A stretch of DNA of 63,465 nucleotides, counting the filler, from Conidiobolus incongruus B7586 (Eukaryota): NCBI GenBank assembly GCA_000697335.1. It is 7 parts of 7 records of this genome, joined end to end, with 100 filler letters (N's around TTAATTAATTAA, not from the genome) between each part and the next. Parts side by side here need not be neighbours in the genome. Positions count along the whole stretch, not along the records: positions 1 to 24,604 come from JNEM01006302.1; positions 24,705 to 29,873 come from JNEM01006303.1; 5 more parts are not named here. One strand, 5' to 3'. This document shows, in pieces, positions 13,959 to 28,219 of this stretch. Positions within the stretch are counted from its first letter, which is position 1. Each line of letters opens with the position of its first letter. The notes under the pieces were generated by a model, which was not told the origin of the DNA, did not search any database, and saw nothing but the letters and a program-made list of their open reading frames with translations. The translations under genes and the position numbers were made by a program.

Positions 13959-16050
13959 TTTTATTTATTTAAATTATTTTAATTATTAGTACTGGGTTTT
14001 TTAATTTAATTTTAGTTGCATGGAAATTTCAATTAATTGAATTGGCAAATTTATCAAATTATGGGATCAGTTAGATTTTATCAATAACTCAATCAAATCA
14101 CTTATTAATACATGGTGATTAATTACCATTGAGTTATATTATATTGATTAAATTGGTACAAAGTTGTAAAAATAAAATATAAAATCTTAGTAATTCAAAA
14201 AAAATAAAAATGGATCATTATACAGTTTATTATTTAATACAACAATGAATAATTTTTTTGAAGATTTCATATAATATTGATTAATAAAACAACTCCAATA
14301 TCATCAACTGATCGTTTATATATTCTACTATTTATTTATCAAATCTATCGTTTGTGGTCATTAATCTACTGTCTATTCTACAATTCTATTTTTAATATTT
14401 CTATAGAATCAATTTGAAGGTATCATGATATCTTATCTTTTTTCTTAGTAGTTTGGAAAATATTTTAATTCAATAATTCAATCAACCATTTATCACAATG
14501 ATATTGAAAGATATTGAATTATATCATATTAAGTGATAGAGAGCAATATTATAACTTTTTTTAAAATTATAAAAAGATTTAATCAAGTACAAGATTGAAA
14601 GTTATAATCAAATGGATTCAAGATTCATATAGATATTGTATGAATATTCAAAAATGAAAAAAAAATTAATATGAAAAATCAAGTGATAAGTTAATCATAT
14701 CAATTTTATGAAATCATTTATAAATCAAAATTATATTTTAAATAGAGCATAAAAATGATATAATTATTTTAATCAATAAATGAATAATGACAATTATTAG
14801 TGAGTGATTTGAATATTATCAATTAATATTTTTAAATTTTTTATTGAGTTAGTTAAATTTAAAAGTTAATAAAAATTAAAGAATATTAACTAATATAATT
14901 TTTTCAAGCTTATCAAATTTTATATTAATTATTTTAATTGAAAAAAATCAAGTATAATCATGTGAATATTTGATAATTTACTATATTAATTTTTATAACG
15001 AAACAATATAATGAATTCTTAAGTTTTTACTAAATTAGTTATATGCTAATTACCAACTTTATTTTATAAAATAGTAAAATATCAAAACTTTATAAATATG
15101 CAGTTCGAAAATTATTTTTATGGTTAATAAATCGTTAAAAAAGCAATGTATACATTAATTGAAATCACAAAATAGTAAGAAAAGAAATTACATTATTAGT
15201 ATATTCAAGTAATTTTTCAAATTATTAAAGGTACTTGTTTGGTTTAAAAGTTATACAGCCAATATGTTATAATAAAGAATAAAAGAATTAAATTTGATAT
15301 AATATATTATTTATTTTCATTGACTGATATTGGTGAATAAAGATTTGCATGTACGTTATAATCTACAAGGATTAAAATTTACGATGCTTATAGTTGAATT
15401 GATATAGTATTAAAATTAAGTAATATAGAACTTTACAATAATTGTATTATGATATATTTCGGTATTAATTTAAAATATTATATTTATATTCTTTTTATTT
15501 TATATTAAGAAAATTTTTGAATATTGAATTACCCTAATTTAGAAATGGTTGAAAAATTTATGAAATCACCAACTTTAGAAAAACTAAAATTGAATTAATT
15601 AAATCAATTTGTATACAAAAAATTTTAATTTTCAATAAAATCAATATATGGATCATATTGTAATATCTCTCATACAAAGAATCTATATTCGTTGAGACTA
15701 TTGAAATTGACTCATATCAATTGGTTTAATAGATTAAGGTGCAATCACCATTTCAAAAATGATTAATCATTTTGAATAACAATCACGTCATTGCCACCTT
15801 AATTAGGTTATCTATTAGCAATTCGAGCCAATTTTTATGAATCTTTAATTTATTCATCAATCCTCACTTATTATACTTAGACAAACATATATGAGCAGAT
15901 CAACTAGAAATAACCAGAAAAAAAAATAAAAATAACCTGTCTATATTGAATTCCAAATAAGGTTGAACTGGATCATTTGGAAATTGGGTATAAATACCCA
16001 TTTGGTATTCAACCATCCACTAACTTTTGGATTCAAAAAAATAATACAAT

Positions 16051-17519
16051 ATGATAAAAATCAGATCTCAACAATTTATCAAAACTTTAAATTCTAAATA
16101 CTTGGCAACAGTTGCAAATACTCAAGCCTCTAACAATGCTTATAAGGTAGTCATTGTCGGTGGTGGTTCTGGTGGTATTGCAGGTAATTTTAATAAATTT
16201 GATATTTGATATCAGTGATTGAACCAATCATATGCGTGTAGTTTCTTCGAAATTGAGTAAAGTTATTGATCCTAAACATATTGCTATTGTTGAACCTTCT
16301 GAACAGCATTATGTAAATTGAATCGTTGTAATTTAGTATTATATTTATCTTATCATATTCTTTAGTATCAACCACTTTTCACATTCGTTGGAGCTGGTAT
16401 CAAGACATTGAACGATGCTAAACGTCCCACCGCTTCTGTCATTCCCAATGGTGTCCAATGGGTCAAGAACTCTGTTGCTGAACTTGATCCCAATCAATCC
16501 AAGGTTGTCCTTGCCGATGGATCATCTATCTCGTACGACTTCTTGGTTGTTGCCACTGGTCTCGAAAATAAATGGGACAAGATCAAGGGTTTGAAGGAAT
16601 CTATTGGCAAGAACGGTGTTGTCAGTAACTACTCCAAGGACACTGTTGAAAGCACTTGGAAATACTTGCACGAACTTAAGGAAGGCCATGCTTTATTCAC
16701 AATGCCCAGTACCCCTATTAAGGTAAGAATCATACCCTTGGCATGGCCGATTTAATTTAACTTTGTTGCTAATAGTGTGCAGGTGCTCCCCAAAAGATTG
16801 CTTACCTCACTGATGACTATTTGAGAGAACGCAATTTGCGTGACCGCGTCACAGTTGATTACTTCACCGGTATTGGCAAGATCTTTGCCATTGACAAGTA
16901 CGGTAAGCAACTCACTAAGATCTGTGAATCTCGTAACATTGGAGTACATACCAACTCTGAATTAATTGAAATCGACAATGTCAACAAGATTGCTAAATTC
17001 AAGAACTTGACCAACAGCGAAACCTTTGATAAGAAATACGACTTTATCCACGTCACTCCTCCCATGTCCACTGCTGACTTTATCAAAAAGAGTCCTCTCG
17101 CCAACGAGGCTGGTTTCGTTGATGTCGACAAATTAACTCTCAAGCACACCAAATTCGACAACATCTACTCCCTTGGAGACTGTTCTTCCCTCCCCACATC
17201 CAAGACTGCTGCTGCCATCACTGAACAATCTGGAGTCCTCGCTGCCAACTTGACCTCCGTCCTCCAGAACAAGAGCACTACACCTTCCGAATATTCAGGC
17301 TACACTAGTTGTCCCCTCATCACCGGCAAGGGTAAACTCATCCTCGCCGAATTTTCTGGCTATACCGGCCAGCCTCTCGAAACCTTCCCCGTGGATCAAA
17401 GCGTCGAGCGCAAGTCCATGTACCTTCTCACCAAGGACATCATTCCCGAGCTCTACTGGAACGGTTTGCTCAAGGGAAGATGGTCGGGTCCCGGCCCCAT
17501 CCGCAGCCTTTGGAAATAG
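16051..17519 (+). CDS. SQOR: Mitochondrial sulfide:quinone oxidoreductase (SQOR/Hmt2 family), 4 exons
   Basis: Exons 16051-16183, 16242-16312, 16366-16722, 16776-17519. Presequence-like N-terminus, VVIVGGGSGG FAD motif, HYYQPLFTFVGAG, IKCAGAPQK, GDCSSLPTSKTAAA, GYTSCPL. Confidence 0.92.
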
Positions 17520-20500
17520 ATATTAGCCCCATGATTTGATATAACATCAATCTAATTTTTAATACCATTTGTCGATATTATTAAAATCCATTAACTATTA
17601 TTATCTAACCAATATCATCACTGTATCTTATTCACAAATGTAAAATGGATCCTCCACGGCTAATTTTTAATTATAGCTGATTTACAAAAAATTTTAATAT
17701 TACATCATTGCTCAATTTTTGATATCCATTTCAATTTTAACCGTACTATTATTATTGGTATTTGGTGAATATTTAAATAGTTGGCAATAATATTTTTAGT
17801 GTAACTTTGGGAAATTATTGGAAAAATATTTTAACAATAAATATATATATATTATTATATTTAATAGTTAATATAAACATAGTGAATTTTAGTATATTAG
17901 AAATAATTGTATAATTGATAATTTCAATTACAATAGAAATACGTATTAGGTGGAAAAATCTAAAATGATAATAAATGTATATAAAAATGATGATCTCATT
18001 TAGATTCAAACTCAGGACAATTTGGGTGTTAGACAGGAGAGATAACTAACTATTCTAACAGATGTCATTCAATATGAAAATTTCTATTTTGTCTTAATAT
18101 AAATACTAATTTTCGATAATATTTCCATTTATAATGAAATTAACCAAAATGTTAATTTCATTATTTATTAATTGGATTAATTTAATTATTTTCATCATAT
18201 TTTAACTATCATTTCATTTTAAGGCAAATGTCTTTAATTTTTAAACTAATTAATCATATTAATATTTTTTAAGTTAATAATCTAAATTTTAAATATATTC
18301 AAATATATGAACCAATTCAAAATTAAATTCAAGAATTTATACTTTTTTTATAATTAAAACTTTTAACCAATGTCTCGGATCAGGTGATCCGCCCGCCATT
18401 CAGCTTAAACCATCCATTATTATTTCCAATACAATCTACACATAAATACTATGTAGAATCCTTGTAAAATGTGAAACTGGGTCAACAACTACAATCAGTG
18501 ATTCAACACATTGGAATAAGGACTGATAATTCTATAGAATCGCTACTGAGCACATATTTGTATGGAGATCATTTCGATCAGGGTCAAACCCTACATGTTG
18601 ATATTTTAATAAGAGTCTTTAAAGTATCTTGTTAGCCATGTTTGGCCCGTTTTATCAAATCTACTTGATCCGTATTGCAGGGCCATTTTTCACCAAACTT
18701 GCACTAAAAAACTAGATTTCATTAAAATTCCACAATGTATATTACCATTTCATTTTCAACTCTTATAATTATCGTCTAATATTTAAATTTTTAAATTGTA
18801 ATTTTCAAAATAATTTTTCTCAATACAATTTAAGGTTATTCAAAATGAATTAAAATATAGTTATATTCAAAATAATCATTAAAAAATCAATGTTTAATTT
18901 TATATTCATTCTAATCATATAAATTTTCAAGCTATCAGATTTGATCACTTAAAATATAAAACTTTAAAATGAGATACCATTCCCAAAGCAACTAATACGC
19001 CTGCCAAATTCAAAATATGAATAATATTAAATTTATAAAAAAAAATTCAATAATTAAAAAAATTAAAGTTTTATTTTTATTATTTATAAGAATTTAATAT
19101 AATTATAATTTATTTATTTAAAATTTATAATTCTTAATAATAAATAATTATTATATAAAATAGAATAAAAATTTTATAACTCTTAAGAAAATAATATATT
19201 TATATTATTTTTATTATATAAATTTTATTACTTATACTTTTATAATATATTCAATGAATTTATTAATATTGATTATTAATTTTAATATTATTTTTATTAA
19301 AGTTAACTTAGTTAATTGATAAAATTAAATCTTATATATAAGTAAAGAAATGAATTTATAATTAAAAACTCAATTAAGATTAGGATATTAAATTTGATAT
19401 GCTTATATCATAATTTATCAATTAAATCTTGAATCCAGTAATTAAACTTTATAAATTATATTCAAATATTATTTTTCTTATATTAAGTATTAATTATTTT
19501 AATAAATATTAAATTATATAAATAACGTTTAATTCAGTTATTAAGAAAAATATTGAATAATTCTTTTGAATTTAAAATCTAAAATTATAAATCAATATAT
19601 TATTTTTAATATTACACTTTAATCAATTATATTTAAAAAATTGATATTTTTCTAGCTATAAATAGTTAATAAAAGAGATATTTCAATATAATATATAGAA
19701 ATTAAAAAAATATATTAAAAATAAAATATTATGAATAAATAAGCTTAATGATAGAGTTTAGATATAAAATTATTCAATATCTATTTTAATTTATTGAAAT
19801 ATATATATCTCTTTTCTTAATAGTGTTATAATTTCAATTATATATTAGTTATATATATTTAAAAATTCTGAAAGTGAATTATATATTATAAAAAAAGATC
19901 ATTTTTTTAGTTTAAATTTTCTTAGGGATTATAAGATTTGAATTAAATTAATTATTCTGATAAAATCAATAGTGAAATCAGAGAATATAGCGTTATATTA
20001 ATAAAAGGAAAACCAATAGGTCTATCTAGTATAATAAGGAATGCTGGAGAAAAGTTAATATTATTGATGTTATTCCACCCCTATTACAGAATCTAGCAAA
20101 GAATCAAATTTAAATTATCAACCAGCTCTCAACTAACCATTGGAAATTATGAACTACAACTAAACTAACTATATGGTCTTCAGAGTGAATTGATAGATTT
20201 CAAACCTATTTTCAGCATCATCTGAAGAGGAGTCAAGATTGATAGAGTTTGAATATTGATGAAATTTTGGATATTGTTTAATATAAGGGAGATAAATATG
20301 GTAACATGATTGAGTAGTTGATAAATTTCTTTTTTGCCAAAGATGAGAAATTAAATGATGATCTTAGAAGCAGTGTTTCTCAAATGCAACTCTAATCAAC
20401 TGATTGGGTTTAGAGCTGGAATATATAATGGTATTTGGTTTGCTTTATATATTAAAAAAATTTAAATAAAACTAATATTATCAACTGTTTTATTTATTAA

Positions 20501-20793
20501 ATTGAAATACAATTTAAATATATATATATATTAAATAAAAAAGCAAATATTATGAAAATAAATTATTTCACAATTATAATTTTAATAATAATTCATTAGA
20601 ATAAACTAGTCTTATATAATTTGATATATTCATTTTGAGATTATTATATACATATATAAATTTAATTTTCAATTATTTTAATTTGAGCAGTGTTTATTAA
20701 TAAATGATTATTATTTAACATTAAAAGATAGAAATTTTAATATTATTAATATATAGTTTGAAATTATTATTTGATAAAGGAATTATGTGATAT

Positions 20794-21124
20794 TGTGGTT
20801 AAATAAATGGTAACCGGTCCGACCAACTTCATCTCGCGATCTATTACCTTATGAAGTCTTAACACCAAAAGACCTATCACGCCACTTCAAGATCCCATTC
20901 TTCTAGCAACTCAATACACTTCTCTGCGCCACCTACAGCCGACAATTAGTCTATAAAAGAACCACTGTCAGGATACATTATCATTATCACCTCCGGTCTT
21001 CTGTGAAGCCCATCAAACCCTTACCAAACCCCAATAAAGCACCCTTATATAAACTACCAAACAGGCCATAAAAAGCCGCTTCTTTATCTATCATTAATTT
21101 CCTACTAGCAATAGGAAAACCACA
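20794..21124 (+). mobile_element. Solo LTR, family A (331 bp)
   Basis: TGTGGTT...AACCACA termini; 4-bp duplication ATAT at 20790-20793 and 21125-21128; internal TATAAAA and AATAAA; GC island; homologous to 43450-43786. Confidence 0.75.
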
Positions 21125-21484
21125 ATATATAGATTTAAAAAAATGTTAACTTTTGATTAACCCCACCTAGTCATCCTTCAAATTTGATTAATTTTGGATT
21201 AATTTTAGTTTTAAAAAATAATATATAAATTAATTAATTTAATATTAATATTTATAATGCAAATATTTTATTGGATATATATATATATATATATTGAATG
21301 ACCAATATAACTAATTTTTCAAAAGTAAATTAGCAATATTTGATTAAAATTCAAAAGTTATTAATTAATGAGAGGATATGATACTTAAAATCACAAAAAT
21401 ATTATGAAATTTATATTAAAAAACTAAAACTATTTATGATAAATGTTTTATTATTGAATTTGAGTAAATTTAAAATTGATTCAT

Positions 21485-22027
21485 CTAATGTATCTTCACA
21501 TAGTAACCAAAACTCAAACCAATCAATGCTCCTAAGAATAAAGACAAGATCCAGCAATACATCTCAACTTTGAACCCATTTAACTGCTTTAATTTCACCA
21601 TTTCAATTTTATTCATACTGCCATAATTCTTGTAATCCCCTTCGTCCAAGTAGTATAAATCAATTAACTCACCAATCATTCTGCTGTATTTATTTCCCTG
21701 TTCTTTTACACTTTCCAATATCTCGTCAATTTTCAAACTGTGTCGATCTTGGGACATCTCTAACTGAGACTGGAAAAAAGATTTGAAATCTGCCATCTCA
21801 TTTTGAAGCTTTTGTAATTGGTTTAATTTGGAATTAATATTTTCTAAAGTTTCTTGATATTGCCAATAATATTCATTCCAATTATATTTTTCACTCGAGT
21901 CTGCTGAATTAAAGGAACTGTTGTCGAAATCGTAACTAAAAGAACTCTCATCTATTTCGTTGGAACTGAATTCAGTTTCTGGACTGGATTTAGACACTTT
22001 CATATAGTAAATATCTTTTGATTCCAT
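21485..22027 (-). CDS. Hypothetical protein: acidic Ser-rich N-terminus, coiled coil, C-terminal TM helix (tail-anchored)
   Basis: Likely ATG at 22027 (MESKDIYY). Heptad-like LENINSKLNQLQKLQNEMADF; terminal hydrophobic WILSLFLGALIGLSFGYYV. No family recognised. Confidence 0.6.
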   Translation of the reverse strand: MESKDIYYMKVSKSSPETEFSSNEIDESSFSYDFDNSSFNSADSSEKYNWNEYYWQYQETLENINSKLNQLQKLQNEMADFKSFFQSQLEMSQDRHSLKIDEILESVKEQGNKYSRMIGELIDLYYLDEGDYKNYGSMNKIEMVKLKQLNGFKVEMYCWILSLFLGALIGLSFGYYVKIH

Positions 22028-24090
22028 ATTTACTAATAAATGTATAAATTTAGAGATAATCCTTAGAATATATATATATATATATATCAAAAAATATTTT
22101 TTTGGTATTAAATATCGTATTTATATTAAATGAGTCAAATATTAATTTAATAATTTTTTTCAAGAAAAAATGATTATTAATATTATTATTAAATTAAAAT
22201 TATATATTATTTTATATATAAGGTACTTAATGATGAAATATTGAGTTTGATATAATATAGTATATAGTTAATAAATTGATTCAAATATAAAATTTTATAA
22301 TAGATACTTTGATTAAACAAACTTAATCATCATTCTATAAGTTTAATTTTTTCTATATAATTAGGTATTATGATTGGTCGATTAATGAAACATTTAATCA
22401 TTATTAATCATCTATCAAAATATTAATTGATTCAATATTTAATTCAATAATCTATTAAATTCATATTGATTATCTTTGTTGGTTGATCCAATGAGCCCAT
22501 ATTGATAACATTTATTTTAGTTGATAAAATTCAATTTTCATAATGAAATATACTATAAATATCTAAGTATATATAATATTCAAATTTCAATATTAGATTT
22601 AGCTAATTGCTATATTAATACAGTTCAAATTATCAAATAATAATAATGAATTCAATAATTGATGGTGATAAATTATATTCTAATATTGTGATGAGGTTGA
22701 AATATTTTGAAAAAATTTTTAAAAATGAACTTAATACGTGGAAATATCCTTAATATATAAATAAATATATGTTTTCAAATTTAAAATAACTCATTTATTA
22801 TTAAATTAATTAATTTGACTACCTTTGTCATATTTATTATAGTTAAAATTTGGAAATATAATTAAAGTATCTTCATATTATTTAGCGTTTCTATAATCAG
22901 TGAAAATTAGAAAACTGTGTCTTTTTCCATTTTAATTAATCAAAAATAATGTTATTAAAAAAATTCAACTTTTTCATCCACTAATTATCATGATTATTTT
23001 CTTTTCCCTGAAAAAAATCGCTTTAATAGATTTTAGTGTTAATGGAAATAATGAATATGTATTATAGTCATTACTTACCAGAAGTACCAATATTGAATTA
23101 AACATCAATGAAGATTATTCTATTATGTTCATGAAATAGCTAATATTAAACAATGTCAATAATATATTGTTAAAATTAACATGAAATAAATACCCAAGAA
23201 GCAGCTATTCAATAATAAAAACAAATTGAATCGAGAATATTATAACTGAATCCAAATTCAATAACCATAAAAATCAATACTTAAATTATCTCAAATTTAT
23301 CAATTACCTTATCTTTCCTTAATTCATTTTGTTCACTATCATTTCAATTATTCAATTTAAAACTAAATTTTCAACCATTTAACTCTGCTTCAGCATTTGT
23401 TTCCTTATGCTTGTTAACTGGTGATTCATTTCGAAATATTAAATCTATTGAGAGTTGGTAAGGTCAAATAACTTGGAGTTGATACTATCTAGAGAACTGG
23501 CAATGAAGTTCAGTTAGTTATTTGAAATATTAAATTTGTTTCCTTGAGAGTACATTAACTTGAATGGATTATTATCAGCGTTGTCTCTGCAAGACTAAGA
23601 GTGGTTTTTTGGTGGCCCATATTCAGTTTTCCATTTGAGTTGAATTTACAATTGTTTGTGTCTCTAATTGAGGGATCATTGTGAGAAACTTTGGATACAA
23701 ATTTCCAAACTCTTACAAGGTTCAGATTTTGAAATAGAGATTCAGATCGAATATTTATACAGGCTAGTTGATCAATTGGAATGATAGTTGATCGATTTTA
23801 CATGACTATCACCATTAAATGATATCTAGTACTTTCAAAGGCTGATAATTACCATCATAAGTGTTTATTGTATTACAAGTGGTTTTTAGCTATTTATTTG
23901 ATAGACTTATTGGTATTATTATTATGAATTTGATAATACAGTATTAGTTAAAGTTAAATATATAAAATCTATATATCGTTTAAATAACACAAAAATAGTA
24001 AACAACAATAATTCAATATATATCGAATCATTTAAATAGATATCTTAATATTTTCTGCTTTTTAATCGTTTAGATCGAATAATATTATAA

Positions 24091-24598
24091 TGTTACAAAT
24101 CATAATTGAATGAAGAAAATTTTATTAGACCTAAGGATGAATAAAAGCGATATTTTGCAGAATATATTGATCCGTAACTTGTGGGATCCACCCAAAGATA
24201 CGGTTCCAGAGTTAAGGGTTTTGTTTGTATTGGGAGTTATTGGGGATGTAGTAATAACAGTATACTCAAGAGTGGGAGGGGATTGTAAATGGTATTATGG
24301 GGTATGGAATGGTGTTAGCAGTTTAAGGACTTACTAAGGTCCTGTACCCCTTGAAGATTTCCAAGTTTCTTTATCTCATATTCTTATATTTTATATTATG
24401 GGAAATATATTCCTCTTTAATTACTCCTCTTTGATTCTCACTAATTTCTTTTAAATCAAATATTCTGTTATGATGTAAACTCAAACCCCAATCTTATTCA
24501 GTTTATAATTATAATATATTAAATATTCCATAAACTCTCTGGGTTCATTTATGGCTAATATTTATAGTACCTTCACAGTAAAAGACGATCTTATTACA
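24091..24598. mobile_element. Possible LTR-like GC island
   Basis: G-rich block (AGAGTGGGAGGGG...) resembling the reverse complement of 29974-30010; possible TGTTAC...ATTACA ends; no convincing TSD; abuts a gap. Confidence 0.3.
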
Positions 24599-24604
24599 AA
24601 ATAC

Positions 24605-24704
24605 NNNNNNNNNNNNNNNNNNNNNNNNNNNNNNNNNNNNNNNNNNNNTTAATTAATTAANNNNNNNNNNNNNNNNNNNNNNNNNNNNNNNNNNNNNNNN
24701 NNNN
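24605..24704. other. Artificial assembly spacer (N44-TTAATTAATTAA-N44)
   Basis: Identical 100-nt spacer with stops in all six frames; also at 29874-29973, 37550-37649, 47505-47604, 54363-54462 and 56399-56498. Confidence 0.97.
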
Positions 24705-25241
24705 AATTAATAATACAAAATTTTTGATATATTTATTTTAAATACAGATTAGTAATTAATTATTAAATATTAGTTTTTAAATAATTCAAAGTTTTTTAAT
24801 TGTATATAGTTCAAATATAATATTTATCTATTATTATAAATTTGAAAATTGAATTTTTTAATAATATAAATATAAATTATAAATATTCCAAATTTGATAT
24901 TACTAAATAAAAATAATTACTGATAACTCTAGGTAATCTTTAATTTCATCAGAAAATTTAGTTTTAAAAATTAAAATCTAAAATATATCTCAATAAGCAA
25001 TTAATTCTTTTTCACTGATTATAAAATCTTAATTAATATTTAATTTATCAAGTTCAATAATGTAGTTAATAATGATAAAATTAGTTTATTATAATTAATA
25101 AAAATTGGTAATTTAATTAGAATATTAATAAATTGATATTGAATTCAATTGAAAATGCTTAATAAATTAATTCATTGATATTATTCAAATTATAAAATTT
25201 TAATAAATATTGAATTGAATGATAATTAAATGAATAGAGAT

Positions 25242-25843
25242 CTATTTGTTAGAGTTCATCTCTTCACTGTTAACTAGATCAGTAACGCTGGAAGTGTTCA
25301 ATAGAGATACAGTTTGACCATTAGTTAATGTAATGGTAAAATCTAAGGGAATCCATTGGTCCAATTTGCGAATAGCTTTGAAATGTAAAGTACCTTGATC
25401 TTTAAAATATTAATTAATCAAACATTAAACATCTACAGAAAATTACCTTTGTCTCCTTTAACTTTGTAACTAATATCAATCTTACCCTTCAAATGATTAA
25501 TCGTACCCCAAATCCATGGCCATGATTGTGCGAAATCAATATTATCACCCAAAGCTTCCACACTAGCGGGTTCATATTTGCAAATAAATAGGGTGGAATT
25601 AGTAATACTGGTATTCTGTTTTTGGTAGTTAGTTAAAACTCCAAGAGCTCCTACCCAACCCAAAAATCCTACGATACCGTAAGCAATATACTTATTGCGA
25701 TTATTGGGAATTTCGGGTAATTCTCGTTCAATAGCGAATGGTATTTTTTGATTAAGGTGAGGATGCTGTTGACAAAAGTGACGCTTTAGAATTTGGTTGA
25801 AAGATTGTTTGGGCAAACGATAAATTAAACGGTATGAATTCAT
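25242..25843 (-). CDS. COA1: Cytochrome c oxidase assembly factor Coa1-family protein, 2 exons
   Basis: Exons 25843-25447 and 25399-25242 (47-nt intron). Mitochondrial presequence, ERELP, one TM helix, EALGDNIDF..WPWIWG.IN.LKG.IDIS..VKG.K.QG.L.FKA.R. Confidence 0.75.
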
Positions 25844-26525
25844 TTTTATTATGATTTGTTAAAATAATTATTTTTATTTGATATAATTTTTAATTTTAAC
25901 TGTATTTTAGTTTAATTTTAAATTAGATTAATTGATGATGTATTTTAAACAAAATTAAATTTAAAATCAATTATGGGAGAGCATAATATTCAATTATATT
26001 CTAACCTTATCATTCAATAAGGAAGATAATATTAGAATTAAATATGTTATTTACACTATTTAGTTAGTTGCTGTTAAAAGTTTGAATCCGATATAATATA
26101 CACCATTGGAATATTAATATTTGCACATTACAATTGTATAAGTCCATTTATTAACATTACTCTTTAACCAATTTACAAATTACAATTCGTTATAAGTGTG
26201 TATTTAGAATTGTTGATATCTTAAAAATTGTGTCGAAAATGGGAGAGTTGACTAATCAATAAACCAGTAATCATATATCAACATATCATAATAAACCTTA
26301 AATAATTTTACTTTAAAATGAAAAAAATTAAATATAAATCAAAATATTTTAATATAATTAAACTGATTAATCACTATTTATATATATATATATATATATA
26401 TATTTAAAATTTATTTCTTCAATTAATCCCAAAATTTTAATATCCGATACCAAATCCCTTGACAATTTAATCACGTCAATTTTCATTACTCTGACCTATT
26501 CATTGATTCTTAATTAATCTAAATA

Positions 26526-28036
26526 ATGAGTAAATATAATAATACATCAAGACATTTAATTCGAAACAGAAGTTTATCTCCACAAAAATATACCAATACC
26601 AATTCTAATAAAAATTTAATATCTACAAAAAGCTTAAATAACCTGCATAATAATTTACAACCTATACAATTCCAACAACCTTTAGAGTTAGGCTATTTCA
26701 GTTACGATAGAGATAGAGTGTTTAGATGGGATGATACTTCCCTAGTAATTCTATATATTATTGATATTATTTTTTATTAATTTTTCCAATTTAGAGTTAT
26801 TTAATATTACCAAAATCAAATGGACAAGATTTAGGTAGTCAATTTAATCAACGTATCGAAAAAGATATTACCGTTAACGAACACTTGGACGGATTGTTAC
26901 AAGGTGTTGAGAATTTAGCTGATAGAGGGTTAGATTTAGGTCAATTTCATTTCGTAAGCTTATTAGTATATAATTATTTGATGAGTATTATTAATTGAGG
27001 TGAGGGTTTAGATAAGTTATAGAGGAATGATAAACAAGATCAATCTATCGTATTATGACAATCAAAATTGGAAACTTAATTTAATTAAATATAAAGTAAT
27101 TCCAATTTCCTATAATACTATCATTATTAACCCTTGAATTAGGATTTAATATTTATTGATAATGGTGACTTTGACAACAAATTACAAGATAATTTAAATA
27201 TGAGTGATAAGCAGAAGTTAATGAGTTATTGGGGTTATAAATTTGAAAATATTTGTACTTTCCCAAAACCTTATAGTAAACTAGAAGAAAACGAAATAGA
27301 ACTACTGGACAGGAGGATAGATGATATACTTAACACTAAAATTGAATATTGTAGCATATTTAAGACCAAAGTAGGTAATTTTAGATTGCTAATGGGTGCT
27401 GAGATAGATTGTTGGAATGGTAATTAGTTTAATATCACGATATAATCAAACTAATTATTGGTAGATGACCCAGATCTAAACCCTAGTAAAGTTCAAAATC
27501 GATTAAATCATTATGTGGAATTAAAAACCTCCAGAATATTACAAACTCAACGTCAAAAAATTAATTTTGAAAAGTAATTAATTTTAATTAAAAATATTAT
27601 TTCTTATTTCTTATTTTCTTTTATATTATTAATTAGACATAAACTACTCAAATTCTGGTCCCAAAGCTTCTTAGCCGGAATTCCTGAAATCATCGTTGGA
27701 TTCCGCGATGACAACGGTAAACTCCAAAGTATACAGAGGTTTCAAACCTTAAAAATTCCTGGATTGGTTAGGGGAAAGGCTCATGCTTGGGTAATACTTC
27801 ACTTATTTTATAATATTACAAACTAATTAGTGATTTAGGATCCGAATATTTGTCTCAATTACTTACACACAATTCTCAGTTTCATTTACGAGTCATTAGA
27901 CGGAAAGCCGAACGATTTGGATACAGTTTACCAATTAGAATTTGACTATATACAAAAATCTTTAAAAATTAGATTGGAACCTAATTTAAAATCATTTATA
28001 AATGAGGGATTTTTAAATAATATAAAATCAAAGTAG
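26526..28036 (+). CDS. RAI1: RAI1/DXO-family decapping exonuclease, 7 exons
   Basis: Exons 26526-26744, 26795-26953, 27012-27095, 27143-27419, 27465-27573, 27637-27790, 27839-28036. Motifs [59 protein letters not shown]. Confidence 0.92.
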
Positions 28037-28219
28037 AATAATTGATTGACTAAAAAATATTAAATTTATACAAAATGAATAATAAATAGTGGAAATGATA
28101 ATAATAATAATAATTATTATTATTATAATTATATTTTATTAATTAAATTGTTATTATGATGTTATTAGCAACTTGATAAATTATTTTTTGATGGATTACA
28201 TAGTTTTATAATATGATAA

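Noticed and set aside
16190..17164. Minus-strand ORFs 16190-16375, 16752-16949 and 16859-17164
   Set aside because: Antisense to the spliced SQOR gene.
18370..18720. GC island beginning TGTCTC, possible LTR or pseudogene
   Set aside because: No matching CA end with TSD, no similarity to the other LTRs, only short broken frames.
23200..23900. Coding-like composition on the minus strand
   Set aside because: No sustained frame or recognisable motif.
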